Below, one piece after another: positions 37,370-46,776 of a DNA stretch of 64,000 nt (position 1 is its first letter; the number at the start of each line of letters is the position of its first letter). A program made the translations under genes and the position numbers. This DNA comes from an uncultured virus (IMG/VR IMGVR_UViG_3300026408_000032) (taxonomy: Duplodnaviria; Heunggongvirae; Uroviricota; Caudoviricetes): the IMG/VR virus record IMGVR_UViG_3300026408_000032; one strand, given 5' to 3'. The notes under the pieces are model-generated. The model was given only the letters and a program-made list of their open reading frames with translations. It searched no databases and was not told where the DNA came from.

Positions 37370-38827
37370 CTATTGTTTGACGACCGAGAAACCCGCGCGC
37401 TCCGGCGCGAATTTCATCTTCACGGTGCCGGGCTTGCCCATCACCTTCCAACGCTTCGACTTGCAGATTTTCACGAAGGTCAACTGATCGTCGTCGGGAT
37501 CGCGGTGAATGATGATCCCGTGATCGGCCTTGTTGTTCCAAGCGTTCGAGCCGGACACGTCGTAAAGGTCCAGTTCCTCGATCGTCTTGCCTTTGACCGC
37601 CTTCGACGGATGCGTGACGATGATGATCGCGATCTGAAACCGCCGCGCCATGCGCTTCAATTGCTTCAGGGCATCGTTCGTATATTTCGTCTCGTTCTCG
37701 TTGACTTTCCAAAGATGCTCGACTTCGTTCCACGGGTCGATGAGCACCCATTTGCAGCCATGCCGAAGCGCTGCTTCCTCGATTGCGTTCTTGAGCCAAT
37801 TAAGATCGAAACTCACTTCGTCGTCGGCGTCTTCGTTCGGGGATATCGAGTAGAACATCTTCTCGGCCCATTCTTCCGGGCCCATCGGATAAATGTTTGC
37901 GCGCTCGTCTTTGGCCCATGCCTCCGCGTAGGCGAGCACATCGGTCTGGTTACGGTCTGGGTCGTCTTCGAATTGCAGGATCGCGCCTTTCAGCCGGTGC
38001 AACCGCGCAAGGTTCATCAGCCACGACAGAACCCATTGCGACTTGCCAGCGTTCGGCGTGCCGGTGACGACAACCAATTCCGGCGGAACGAGAATGAGAT
38101 GGTCGTTCAAGGCTTCCCATCCACTGTCATAGCGGCGAAGCGCGCCACGATTGGGGATGTCCATCAGAGGAACTAGCCGGTTCGGAACCATCGGCTTCGC
38201 GTTGTCGATCATGTGCATGAGCACGTCCGGGCCATCCGGCCCGCACTTCTGCAAAACGTCGTTGGCGTCTTTGCAGTCGGTCGGATATTCGACGACGTAG
38301 CAGCGATTGCGACCAAGTCGGATCGCCAGCTCATCGCGCAGAACGCCGCCAGCGACATCGCCATCGACGGCTAGAATGATCTTGCTGAATTTCTTTATCG
38401 TCGGCTTGAGGTCCGTACCCTCCCAGATATACGCAAACTGTTTGTCATTGGTCGGATCGATGTCGCCTTCGCCGCCCTTTCCGGCTGATCCATTAGGGAC
38501 GGACACGACGCGGGTCGCTCCGGCTGCTAACCAGGACGCGGCGTCGATCTCCCCTTCGCAGATGATCAGCGGAACGTCCGGCGAGCACGGCTCGCTCAGA
38601 CAATCCTCGTTGAACAAGAACAGATCGGCTCCCGCTGGCTCGATCCAAAACCTTTTGTCCATCGTGCGCATCTTGCGGAACATGCACACATCGTTCCGGC
38701 GGAACTCGAACGCCAGTTCCTTGCCCTTCGATACGAACCCGATCTCCGCTGCGAGTTCGCTCGGAATTTTTCTCACGTCCTCCAGCCATTCCGCGTGCTC
38801 GTGGCTGAGTTCTAGTCTTTGCAACAT
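37370..38827 (-). CDS. TOPRIM primase-SF4 helicase (T7 gp4/Twinkle-like) without Zn-binding domain
   Basis: IICEGEIDA, VSVPNG, D.D..G, KDAND, TGTPNAGKS, LIDPWN, HPSK; GAGGGG SD before ATG 38827. Confidence 0.9.
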   Translation of the reverse strand: MLQRLELSHEHAEWLEDVRKIPSELAAEIGFVSKGKELAFEFRRNDVCMFRKMRTMDKRFWIEPAGADLFLFNEDCLSEPCSPDVPLIICEGEIDAASWLAAGATRVVSVPNGSAGKGGEGDIDPTNDKQFAYIWEGTDLKPTIKKFSKIILAVDGDVAGGVLRDELAIRLGRNRCYVVEYPTDCKDANDVLQKCGPDGPDVLMHMIDNAKPMVPNRLVPLMDIPNRGALRRYDSGWEALNDHLILVPPELVVVTGTPNAGKSQWVLSWLMNLARLHRLKGAILQFEDDPDRNQTDVLAYAEAWAKDERANIYPMGPEEWAEKMFYSISPNEDADDEVSFDLNWLKNAIEEAALRHGCKWVLIDPWNEVEHLWKVNENETKYTNDALKQLKRMARRFQIAIIIVTHPSKAVKGKTIEELDLYDVSGSNAWNNKADHGIIIHRDPDDDQLTFVKICKSKRWKVMGKPGTVKMKFAPERAGFSVVKQ

Positions 38828-39053
38828 CGGTCTTCCCCTCGTCGTAAAATCTGGCGTGTGTCCAGCCGCAATGGATGCAATGGAACCGAACCCCTCGGTC
38901 ATCGTCCCAAATTGCCAAGCAGCGGATTTTCTGGTGGGCAGACTTGCGCCGGTGCGAACACTGGGGGCACGGCGACAGGGCCTTGTCCTGGCGCTTCACC
39001 ACGTCGGCGGACTTGATGCCTTCTTCGGCAATGATGTCGTCGTAAGTTTTCAT
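38493..39053 (-). CDS. Primase Zn-binding domain in a separate frame (about the first 75 aa)
   Basis: CPQCS..R..CL.I..FHC.HCGW. Confidence 0.7.
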   Translation of the reverse strand: MKTYDDIIAEEGIKSADVVKRQDKALSPCPQCSHRRKSAHQKIRCLAIWDDDRGVRFHCIHCGWTHARFYDEGKTDVAKTRTQPRARGMAGGREKNSERTRSGDRVRIEGQGTGVRVPPERCVHVPQDAHDGQKVLDRASGSRSVLVQRGLSERAVLAGRSADHLRRGDRRRVLVSSRSDPRRVRP

Positions 39054-40078
39054 TCTCGGGTCACCCCTTGGTTCGGGATCACCCAGCCTTGGGCCGCTAT
39101 TCGCGCCTCATCTGCCTCGCGCTCGGCCCGATCAATCGGTTTCGCCGCGAGAGCGACATGAGCGCCATTGCCATAGCCCCCAGAAATCAAGCGATCGAAT
39201 TTATCCGGGGTGCAAAGAAATTTCAGATCGGCGTAAAATTTTATATCGGTCATCCCTCGGCACATTCGGGACCGTTCGACCATCGAAAGAGCCAAGCGCC
39301 AAACTTCCAGCATCTCATCGATGCCCTTCGGAGCGTCGGCGTGCTGGTACATTCTCGCGGCCATCTTTTGGCCGAATGTCTCGAACGAGGAATCTCGCGG
39401 AACGCGCAACCCGATGCGCTTTGCGAACGATTTCCACTCGACAAATGCTTGCTGCGCAGCTTCGCGGTTTAAGGCTCTCCGACGGGCCTTTGCATCTTCC
39501 GCCTCAGACTTGGCGAAGCCGCCACCCAACTCCCCCTGCAAGGGGGTAAGGGGGTCTTGTTCTTTTGTTCCCTTGTTCCCTTGTTTATCCTTAGTACTGT
39601 TGCCCTTTGCTTGCCCTTTGCTTGCCGCTTGCGTGCCGTTTGCTTGCCCTTGTTGATCTTGCACCAATTGATATTCTGAATAATTACAGACGGTTATGAT
39701 TGCCGCTTGCTTGCCCTGATTGGCATCAACTGATCTTTCAATCATCCCATCCTCTTGCAGCTTGTCGAGCCACGTTCGGACGGTCTTCGGTGTCCAGTTC
39801 CAACGCGCCGCAAGCCATGAAATTGCGCCAACCATCTGCCCCGGTTGAAGCTGCATTTTCCGTCCGCCATTGCTGACGGTGCCGGCCTCGTACCGACATT
39901 CCATCAGCAGATCGATGAAGGCTTCCGAACGTGAGTGTGCGCCGCGAGTCCCGTCCATCGGAGTGACGGGCTGACCAAATCCCACAAGCCAATGCGTGCG
40001 GATGGCGCGCGAAATCGCAATCCAGCCATCGTTGCCTCGGATTATCGGCGGGCCGCCATTGTCACCGATGCCAGCCAT
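39050..40078 (-). CDS. Replication initiator (lambda O-like position)
   Basis: GWI.I.R, LA.RW.W..V..L..DGMI HTH, ITVCNY..YQ; internal iterons. Confidence 0.8.
   Translation of the reverse strand: MAGIGDNGGPPIIRGNDGWIAISRAIRTHWLVGFGQPVTPMDGTRGAHSRSEAFIDLLMECRYEAGTVSNGGRKMQLQPGQMVGAISWLAARWNWTPKTVRTWLDKLQEDGMIERSVDANQGKQAAIITVCNYSEYQLVQDQQGQANGTQAASKGQAKGNSTKDKQGNKGTKEQDPLTPLQGELGGGFAKSEAEDAKARRRALNREAAQQAFVEWKSFAKRIGLRVPRDSSFETFGQKMAARMYQHADAPKGIDEMLEVWRLALSMVERSRMCRGMTDIKFYADLKFLCTPDKFDRLISGGYGNGAHVALAAKPIDRAEREADEARIAAQGWVIPNQGVTRE
39601..39652. repeat. 11-bp iterons, putative phage origin
   Basis: TGCCCTTTGCT x2, TGCCGCTTGCG, TGCCGTTTGCT, TGCCCTTG; further copies near 39701-39717. Confidence 0.75.
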
Positions 40079-40341
40079 CACGCCTCCCAGCACTTTGAGA
40101 GGTCAACGAGACGCTGCGCAAAACGGACTGAGATCAGGTGGCGCATGCGAGCGGCGACGATGGCAGACTTGAGCAACCACAAGTCGGGAACGCGCGGTGA
40201 CTTGCGCCACGGCCGAAAGCCGGTCCAGACGCGATACGAGTTAAACTCCGCTTGGTTAGGGTGCCCGCACTCATCCCCAAGATATTCACACGTTATCCCA
40301 GGCGGGCCATTGCGCGAAGGCGGCTTTTCATGTAGAGACAT
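40078..40341 (-). CDS. Hypothetical protein
   Basis: Coupled to the initiator start. Confidence 0.45.
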   Translation of the reverse strand: MSLHEKPPSRNGPPGITCEYLGDECGHPNQAEFNSYRVWTGFRPWRKSPRVPDLWLLKSAIVAARMRHLISVRFAQRLVDLSKCWEA

Positions 40342-40939
40342 CGTTACGAACTTTCGTTCTTGATCGACCCGTCCGGTCCTTCACCAAATCTCTGGTTCAT
40401 GCTCGCCAAAGCCGAACCGCTCAATTCGAAAAGCCTCCGTCGCCAAACGGGGGCTTTTCCTTTTTTCACCCATCCCGCACGCGGCGTTTGACCATCAGAA
40501 ACGGATGCAATTCCCACCGCGCACAGCCGTGCTCTGCCGGCGCTTCGATCTTGCGGGAATAGTTCGGGCTCTTGACCCTCTGGCAGCGGAAGCCGGCGCT
40601 GAGGTAGAGGCATGTTTCGCAGATCATCTGCATGACGACCTCACGATCAGCTTGCGCTGCTCAAGACCCGCCAACAGCCGCGTAAACACGGGCGAAAATG
40701 TTGTGAAACAACCGTAATGATGAGCCGCGATCTGGGCTCTGGCGACGGCATGAGACTCCTGAAAATCCCGTGAAACAGTTTTCATTGCTCGGCCCTCACT
40801 TGCTCTTGCAGCGCGAGGGCGTTGGCATAAATCCACACCGCCGTTCCGAAGGCGCCAACCCATCCTGCAGGGTCAAAATTGTAGCTGGCCCAGAGCGTCA
40901 GAAACGCCGTGGCGAGCATGATGAGAATGCGGAGGTAGG

Positions 40940-41152
40940 TCATTCATCGCTCCCTTCGAGGAATTTCAGACGGGGGAGCGTTGGCTTGCGAACCCAATAG
41001 CGTTCCGCTTTCGCGTTGGCAGCTTGGGCCGCTTTGAGTTGCAGCCTTCCGAGCTTGCGGCCGGCTGCGATCTTCTTTGGGCTGACGCCCGAACGCTCTG
41101 CTGGCTCGGCGTCGAGGCTAATGGTGTCCGCGAGGTCTTCGATGTCGCTCAT
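40940..41152 (-). CDS. Hypothetical protein
   Basis: C-terminal PTLPRLKFLE; coupled ORF. Confidence 0.55.
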   Translation of the reverse strand: MSDIEDLADTISLDAEPAERSGVSPKKIAAGRKLGRLQLKAAQAANAKAERYWVRKPTLPRLKFLEGSDE

Positions 41153-41679
41153 GGCCCCAACCCCGGAAATGTTATGGTGATCGGACGGCCCTTGCCTTCT
41201 TTGCGGAGGTCAAGCTGGCCGCGAATAGCGCCGGCATCCTTCAAGGCTTTAGCGAGGATGCGATCCGCGATTTCCAGTCGCCATCCGTGCTGTTGGGCGT
41301 AACGGCGGTACTGGACTTGGATCTTTGCCCACGTGAACGTTTCCCCGCAGGCCATTTCGCAGGCTGCCATGTCTTCGGCAAAAATTGCCGCCATGTCTGC
41401 CGGGCTTAATTCGATCGTTGCCGGTCCTCGGAAATCGTTGCCATCCTTTGGCAATGGTCCCGAAGCGGCCGTAATTGCTGGATATTCTTCTTCTCTAAGC
41501 GGATTGACGGAAACGGCGATTGGAAACGATTGCCCGACCGGCTGCGACTGTTGCCAGCCTGCAAAACCGAGCATTGCCACGGTGAATGTGATCGTTGCCA
41601 TCGTTGTCAAAGCATTGCCGCGTTTAGAAAAGCGGCGGGACGCGAACAGACCCGCCAAGTCCATGGAGGAATCGCCCAA
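41149..41679 (-). CDS. Hypothetical protein (start uncertain)
   Basis: ORF downstream of cro. Confidence 0.5.
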   Translation of the reverse strand: MGDSSMDLAGLFASRRFSKRGNALTTMATITFTVAMLGFAGWQQSQPVGQSFPIAVSVNPLREEEYPAITAASGPLPKDGNDFRGPATIELSPADMAAIFAEDMAACEMACGETFTWAKIQVQYRRYAQQHGWRLEIADRILAKALKDAGAIRGQLDLRKEGKGRPITITFPGLGP

Positions 41680-42091
41680 GGAGGGCTGCGACGGATGTCG
41701 CGGACTGAGGGCAGATACTCCGAGAGCGCCTAGGCCGAAGCCGTGGTCTCAGATTAATCACCTTGGCTGCTTGGCTACCCGACCTAACCCCCGGTGATAG
41801 GGATGCGGACCCGCGCAGCACTCCATCTTGCCCCCAGACCGAGAGACCCGGCCGCTACTCACGCAACAAACGCCGATCGCTTCAGCTCAATTACCGGCAT
41901 GAAAGTCTCCCGGTTTCCCGAGATAGGCCCCACCAGCTTGACGCCGCTCCCCAGCGACGCATTGAACGTGTCCCGGCCTGCAATCGACTAAGGCCGTGCG
42001 CAGTGGGGCCGCATGAAATGGAAGACCCCTTCGAAAAACCGAACGCGCCTCCACGTAAACTTTGTTTACAAATACTCGCCCCGGTGATTGC

Positions 42092-42340
42092 TTAGGCGGC
42101 ATGCACACTTTGTACCCGCCGCTGCATCCTCGACCGTTTTCTCAACGCGGCCAAAAGGTCAGTTGTAACGCCTTCTATTTTTCTTTGCCGCGCACCGTTA
42201 ACAACAGACGGCCAATAGTCGGATGGAATAGAATTGCGTTGCCGCATACCTTTGGCCGTGTTCTCGGGCACGCCGATATCAACCGCGAAATCGGAAAGCC
42301 GAGGCCAAGCCATGATGATTTGACGATGGGTTTCGAACAT
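42092..42340 (-). CDS. Cro-like HTH protein, probably leaderless
   Basis: II.AWP....FA.DIGV....A..M..RNSIP..YW; divergent from cI. Confidence 0.85.
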   Translation of the reverse strand: MFETHRQIIMAWPRLSDFAVDIGVPENTAKGMRQRNSIPSDYWPSVVNGARQRKIEGVTTDLLAALRKRSRMQRRVQSVHAA

Positions 42341-42347
42341 GTTGCTA

Positions 42348-42393
42348 ACGGTACAAAAAGTACCTCTTGCTGTCAAGGGGCACATATCGTACC
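42348..42393. promoter_or_regulatory. pR-like promoter with two operators
   Basis: Minus strand TTGACA (42376-42371) N17 TACCGT; operators GGTACAAAAAGTACC 42350-42364 and GGCACATATCGTACC 42379-42393. Confidence 0.8.
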
Positions 42394-42406
42394 CTGGAAG
42401 GGTGCA

Positions 42407-43195
42407 ATGAAGATGGCAACCAAACGATCTGTTGCCGAGCGGAAGAAACAGAATGATGACGCACGGCGGAAGGAAGTCGGCCGTCGCCTGCGCATATTGA
42501 GAAAGGCAAAGTTTCCCAACCCCGAGTTGGCGTTTGAAGTGCTACAACAAGCCGGATTTCAGCGGGGGTTGGATTCCTACAAAGCCTACGAGAAGGGCGC
42601 GCGAAAAATACCGTCGGACGAGGCCAGACTCGCCCTGCAGGTATTCGAATCGCCAGACGGCTCTTTCGATTGGCTGTTCTTGGGCGATGAGGAACCAGAG
42701 TGGGGAAGTCAGACGCAACGTTTAGCAGCGCGCCCGAGTTTACTTATGCTGCCGCGGCTGACTGCCGGAGAGGCTGTCATGATACCATCAGCGTTCGAAG
42801 CGGTGAAAGAGAAAGCCAAAAAAGAAAACAGACTGCACCCGGTTGTATCGCGTCCGGGTCATGAGATAGGCCCCAAAGCCTACCTCATGCCTATTGATGA
42901 CGACAGCATGATTCCAAACACGCCTTTCGAGGAGCGGCGTTTCTTACCAGGTGATGACGTGCTCATTGACCCCGACGTAAAGCCGAGGCCTGGAGACTTC
43001 GTTGCGGCGCATCTCAAATCGGAAGATACCGCTGTTTTTCGGAGGTGGCAGGAATCGGACGGCAGATTAGATGCGGAAAAACACTTCGTTTTGAAGCCGC
43101 TAAACGCAAGCTATCGTACGGAAGTCGTCAATCCAAAGACTAACCCTGCCCGGGTTATCGGCTGTATGATCCAGCACATAAGCTATCGCCGTTAG
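42407..43195 (+). CDS. cI: CI-like repressor (HTH plus S24 peptidase domain)
   Basis: RLR.LR..YKAYEKG.R HTH; TAG, DSM.P, GD.VLIDP, PGDFV.A, L.PLN.SY. Confidence 0.9.
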   Translation: MKMATKRSVAERKKQNDDARRKEVGRRLRILRKAKFPNPELAFEVLQQAGFQRGLDSYKAYEKGARKIPSDEARLALQVFESPDGSFDWLFLGDEEPEWGSQTQRLAARPSLLMLPRLTAGEAVMIPSAFEAVKEKAKKENRLHPVVSRPGHEIGPKAYLMPIDDDSMIPNTPFEERRFLPGDDVLIDPDVKPRPGDFVAAHLKSEDTAVFRRWQESDGRLDAEKHFVLKPLNASYRTEVVNPKTNPARVIGCMIQHISYRR

Positions 43196-43241
43196 GAGAT
43201 TGCCGGCGCCGCACCGATCAGCATGTGCGACGCCTTCTTCC

Positions 43242-43673
43242 TCAAATATAGATCTTGGCCGCGTCGCAAAATTTACGCGCGGTACTATCTCCCGGCCCGT
43301 CTATGAACGCGGGGACGAACACGTCATCAGTCAGCAATCCATAGAATATCTGATAGCCCGTTAGGCCGCCAAACCCATTTCTGGCGTTGACCGTACCGCA
43401 AACGATGACTTTTCCACCGTCAGTTATTCCAGCGCGGAATTTCCCGTAATCGGCTGACGACTGGTCGCGCAGGATTGAACCAACGCCCTGCCGCACATGG
43501 CGCTCATCTGCACCTGACAGCTCGATGAATGTCGAGTTGACCTTCATGGCTTTCTCGACGCGCGCTGATAGCGTTTCGCCTGAGCCGCCAATGGCGATTA
43601 TTGCGGCAAAGCCAACCAGAACGACGAGCGCCACAGATGCGAACGCGCTTCCTGCGTGTGATTTCTGAGCCAT
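43242..43673 (-). CDS. Membrane-anchored protein in the immunity region
   Basis: N-terminal TM, VCG.VNARN.FGG.TG motif. Confidence 0.75.
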   Translation of the reverse strand: MAQKSHAGSAFASVALVVLVGFAAIIAIGGSGETLSARVEKAMKVNSTFIELSGADERHVRQGVGSILRDQSSADYGKFRAGITDGGKVIVCGTVNARNGFGGLTGYQIFYGLLTDDVFVPAFIDGPGDSTARKFCDAAKIYI

Positions 43674-43771
43674 TGCTAATCCCCCTAGCTAATTCGCCCA
43701 TTCTACATCGCTCTGCGATTGCCGCTTCGCGACGTGCCATTTCTCCCACAAAAATCACCTATTTGTAAAAA

Positions 43772-43824
43772 GGTACGTTTTGTATCATTTTGTGCTTGAC
43801 GCCTAGGGGTACGTTTTGTACCTT
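43772..43824 (+). promoter_or_regulatory. pL-like promoter with two operators
   Basis: TTGACG (43796) N17 TACCTT; operators GGTACGTTTTGTATC 43772-43786 and GGTACGTTTTGTACC 43808-43822. Confidence 0.8.
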
Positions 43825-43830
43825 CCAAAT

Positions 43831-43998
43831 CACCGAAGCGGAACGGCCATCACCCTAGACGGGACCCGGAACGCCAAGGTCGAGAGCGAAAAGACCTCCC
43901 GTCTGCCGCTATCGCGTTCTGAACCGAGCCGGGGACCGCCAGCGCCAAGGGGTTCCATCGGGCAGCAGCCTTCACCGGCTCGGTCTTTTTCTTCGGTG
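43831..43998 (+). ncRNA. Structured early leader RNA with a duplicated motif
   Basis: CACCGAAG/CTTCGGTG closing stem; two hairpins each carrying GGGACC-N5-CGCCAAGG. Confidence 0.55.
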
Positions 43999-44794
43999 TG
44001 AGCGTCAGAACCGGATTTTAGGACATGGGCAATGGATCAACCAGTTTGGACGTGGGAGCCGCACCGGCAGCAGTTTCACTCGGACGGGTATCTCGCAGCG
44101 ATGAACGGGGAGTTGTTCAATCCGTTTCAAACGGACGAGTGGCAAGCCGGGTTCATTTGCTACCTGGAAGCCAACGTCTCAGCACCCGTACGCAAGCTGA
44201 TACCGGCTTGCTGATCTGCGGGGAGTGTTTCGGCAATCCCAATCTCTACGAACTCGATTTCGAGGAAGCGTGCCCAAGCTGCCAAGGCGCCGGCACCGTT
44301 CCTGATCCTGATTTCATCGACGGCGATGCGGAAGATTTCGATCCTAAAAGAGAATACGGAACCTACCGTGTTGTTCGCGGGAGGGTTGGATGATCCCCGA
44401 CGAACTTCTCTACGTCGCAGGAACGCTGATCGGGATCATTCTCCCGGCTGCTCTTGGCCTGCTGATCGCTCTCAAATTTGAACAGGAGACATGGTGATGG
44501 CCTGTAGCGCCCTCTCATTCATAGCTGAGCACTACATCATCGCGCTCAGCTTTTTCACCGTCACGTTTTTCATGATCGTCATCGCTGTCGTCGCCTGCGT
44601 GTCGGAATACGCCGACAGAAAATACGGGAGGGGCTGATGAAAACGCGCATTGAGGACTGCCCATACTGCGAAGACGGGAAGTTCTGGACAAGCAAGTATG
44701 GCGGCAATGATCCCGACGTGTGGGCCGTTCCCTGCGAGCATTGCGATGCCACCGGCCAGGTTGAAGTCGAGATCGAAGACGAAGCGGAGGATGA

Positions 44795-45007
44795 GTGATG
44801 CTCCTATTCGCTGACCTCCTAGAGCGCATCCGCAATCCAAATCGCGTCAAACACATCGATCCGGCGATTGAAGCCGTAGCGAAATCATTCGCGGATGACT
44901 TTGGATTTCCAGACCGGGCTCCATCACTCGCGGAAGCAATGCAGGACGCATTCAACGACTGGCTTGATGAGCAAGAGCAAGCGGATCGGAAAGAGAGCGC
45001 AGTATGA
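44795..45007 (+). CDS. Small early protein
   Basis: GGAGG SD; coupled ORF. Confidence 0.5.
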   Translation: MMLLFADLLERIRNPNRVKHIDPAIEAVAKSFADDFGFPDRAPSLAEAMQDAFNDWLDEQEQADRKESAV

Positions 45008-45600
45008 CGATCTCTGACGGCCACTTAGATAGGGCAGCCGAAAGCGCCTTCCCAAATTCGTACGCATACCGCGAGGACGGCAGCGAAATCCAAATCATAA
45101 ATCACGGCATGACGCTCCGCGATTATTTCGCGGCGAAGGCGCTTGTTGGCCTTCTGGCGCAGTCGAACGGAACGGCGATGACCAGCACGCCAGTCGTTGG
45201 CGCATCATTCGCATACGAGATGGCCGACGCCATGCTCAAAGCTCGGGAGCGCGAAGGTGCCCGCATGAAACCATCAGAGATACTTACCAGAGAAGAACCG
45301 GACTACTCGGACATACCGGCGAAATCTACGCCTGGACCGTGGAACGCCGTGCCTGAAGCGGATGATCAGGAAATTTATATCGAAACCAACGACCAGACGA
45401 TCATCGCCGTCGTGCAAGGCTACGTCGATCATCCAAACAATCGAGGCAACGCTCGCCTCATCGCAGCAGCACCAGAACTCTATGAGGCTCTGCGACTAAT
45501 GTTGAACGCTTATTCCGAACTGCAGATCACAACCGAGGAACAGGAAGCGCGCGATGCCGCCTTCGCTGCTCTCGCCAAAGCGGAGAGCACCAATGAGTGA
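45004..45600 (+). CDS. Fusion of two common small phage domains
   Basis: GMTLRDYFAAKAL and TPGPW..NARLIAAAPELYEAL. Confidence 0.7.
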   Translation: MTISDGHLDRAAESAFPNSYAYREDGSEIQIINHGMTLRDYFAAKALVGLLAQSNGTAMTSTPVVGASFAYEMADAMLKAREREGARMKPSEILTREEPDYSDIPAKSTPGPWNAVPEADDQEIYIETNDQTIIAVVQGYVDHPNNRGNARLIAAAPELYEALRLMLNAYSELQITTEEQEARDAAFAALAKAESTNE

Positions 45601-45784
45601 TCGGCACAAATGTCCGCACTGCGGCAACCGCGTCAACGGCCACCCGAATAAGAAGTTTTGCAGCCAGAAGTGTAAGGACCGCTTCTACAACAAGATGAAC
45701 CCGCGCGGCTACGGCGCTCGCAGTGATTGGGATCGCTACGCCGACACCGTGCATCCATTTTCATCGGAGGCGTTTGAGCAATGA
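45593..45784 (+). CDS. Small Zn-finger protein
   Basis: CPHC..KFCSQKC. Confidence 0.65.
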   Translation: MSDRHKCPHCGNRVNGHPNKKFCSQKCKDRFYNKMNPRGYGARSDWDRYADTVHPFSSEAFEQ

Positions 45785-46056
45785 CCATCCACCCGCTCTC
45801 ACAAGCAGAAGCCGACCGCGTGTTCTCACAAGAGGACCGCTCGGAAGCCATCAAGAGAATGGCTCCTAGGCTCCGCAACGCACGCCAGCGGCTCGACCGG
45901 AACATGAAGCGGTGTGATCAACTGTTGGCCGACTACGACAAGCGCACCGGCACGCTGCACGATTTAGCAGAGCGCGAGATTTACGCGGAACGCGCTCAGC
46001 TTTGTGCCGGGGAAGTTCATGCGGTCGAAGCCCTGATGCGGAGTCTGTCGAAATGA
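45781..46056 (+). CDS. Hypothetical protein
   Basis: GGAGG SD; coupled ORF. Confidence 0.55.
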   Translation: MTIHPLSQAEADRVFSQEDRSEAIKRMAPRLRNARQRLDRNMKRCDQLLADYDKRTGTLHDLAEREIYAERAQLCAGEVHAVEALMRSLSK

Positions 46057-46260
46057 GCAACGTCGTGAAGTTCCCCGGCTCTGCACGGTCAATCCCAGAA
46101 GGTACGGACCCGATCACGAGTCTTCGCAGGGCGATCCGGGATTGCATCAACGCTCGCGGCGAGAAGACGACAGCACTTGTTATCTCTCAAGCCTTCGAGA
46201 TTGCGAACACGTTCAATTGGCGTCAGCGGACGCGGGAATTGCTTGATGGAGGGAAATCGA

Positions 46261-46773
46261 ATGTCTGACGTATCGCGAGAACTCCACATTCAGGGCGAAG
46301 CCGCCAGGGCGTTGCTGCTCAATATCCGTGGCGTCATTGGCGAAGACGAGGAAATGGCGGTCACGGCCATTGAAGGCGAGACAGGACTTATCGAGGCCAT
46401 CACCGAAGCTCTCGATCGCGTCCTAGAAGTCGAAGCCCTCGCTGAGGCCATCGCCATTCAGCAGAAGGCGCTCTCGGCTCGTAAGGATCGGCTCGGCAAT
46501 CAGGCTGAACGCATCCGCGCTGCAATCCTCAATGCGATGGGCGCCGCCGACCTGAAAAAGCTGGAACTTCCGAAGGCGACCCTATCCCGCAAGTCGGCGC
46601 CGGCAAAGGTCATCATCACGTCGGAAGCTGATCTCCCATCGCAGTATTTGATCGAAAAGACGGAACTGCGGCCCGACCGCAAGAGGCTGCTCGAACAATT
46701 GAAGGCCGGTTTCTTTGTGACCGGAGCCGAACTGAGCAACGGCGGCGAACAACTCTCTATTCGTGGAGGCTGA
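46261..46773 (+). CDS. Siphovirus Gp157-family protein
   Basis: IEGET, coiled coil, LP.ATLS, GAELSNG..L.IR. Confidence 0.85.
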   Translation: MSDVSRELHIQGEAARALLLNIRGVIGEDEEMAVTAIEGETGLIEAITEALDRVLEVEALAEAIAIQQKALSARKDRLGNQAERIRAAILNAMGAADLKKLELPKATLSRKSAPAKVIITSEADLPSQYLIEKTELRPDRKRLLEQLKAGFFVTGAELSNGGEQLSIRGG

Positions 46774-46776
46774 GCT

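Noticed and set aside
42062..42406. N-terminal extension of cI (377-aa call)
   Set aside because: It overlaps cro and the operators; the likely start is 42407 or 42413.
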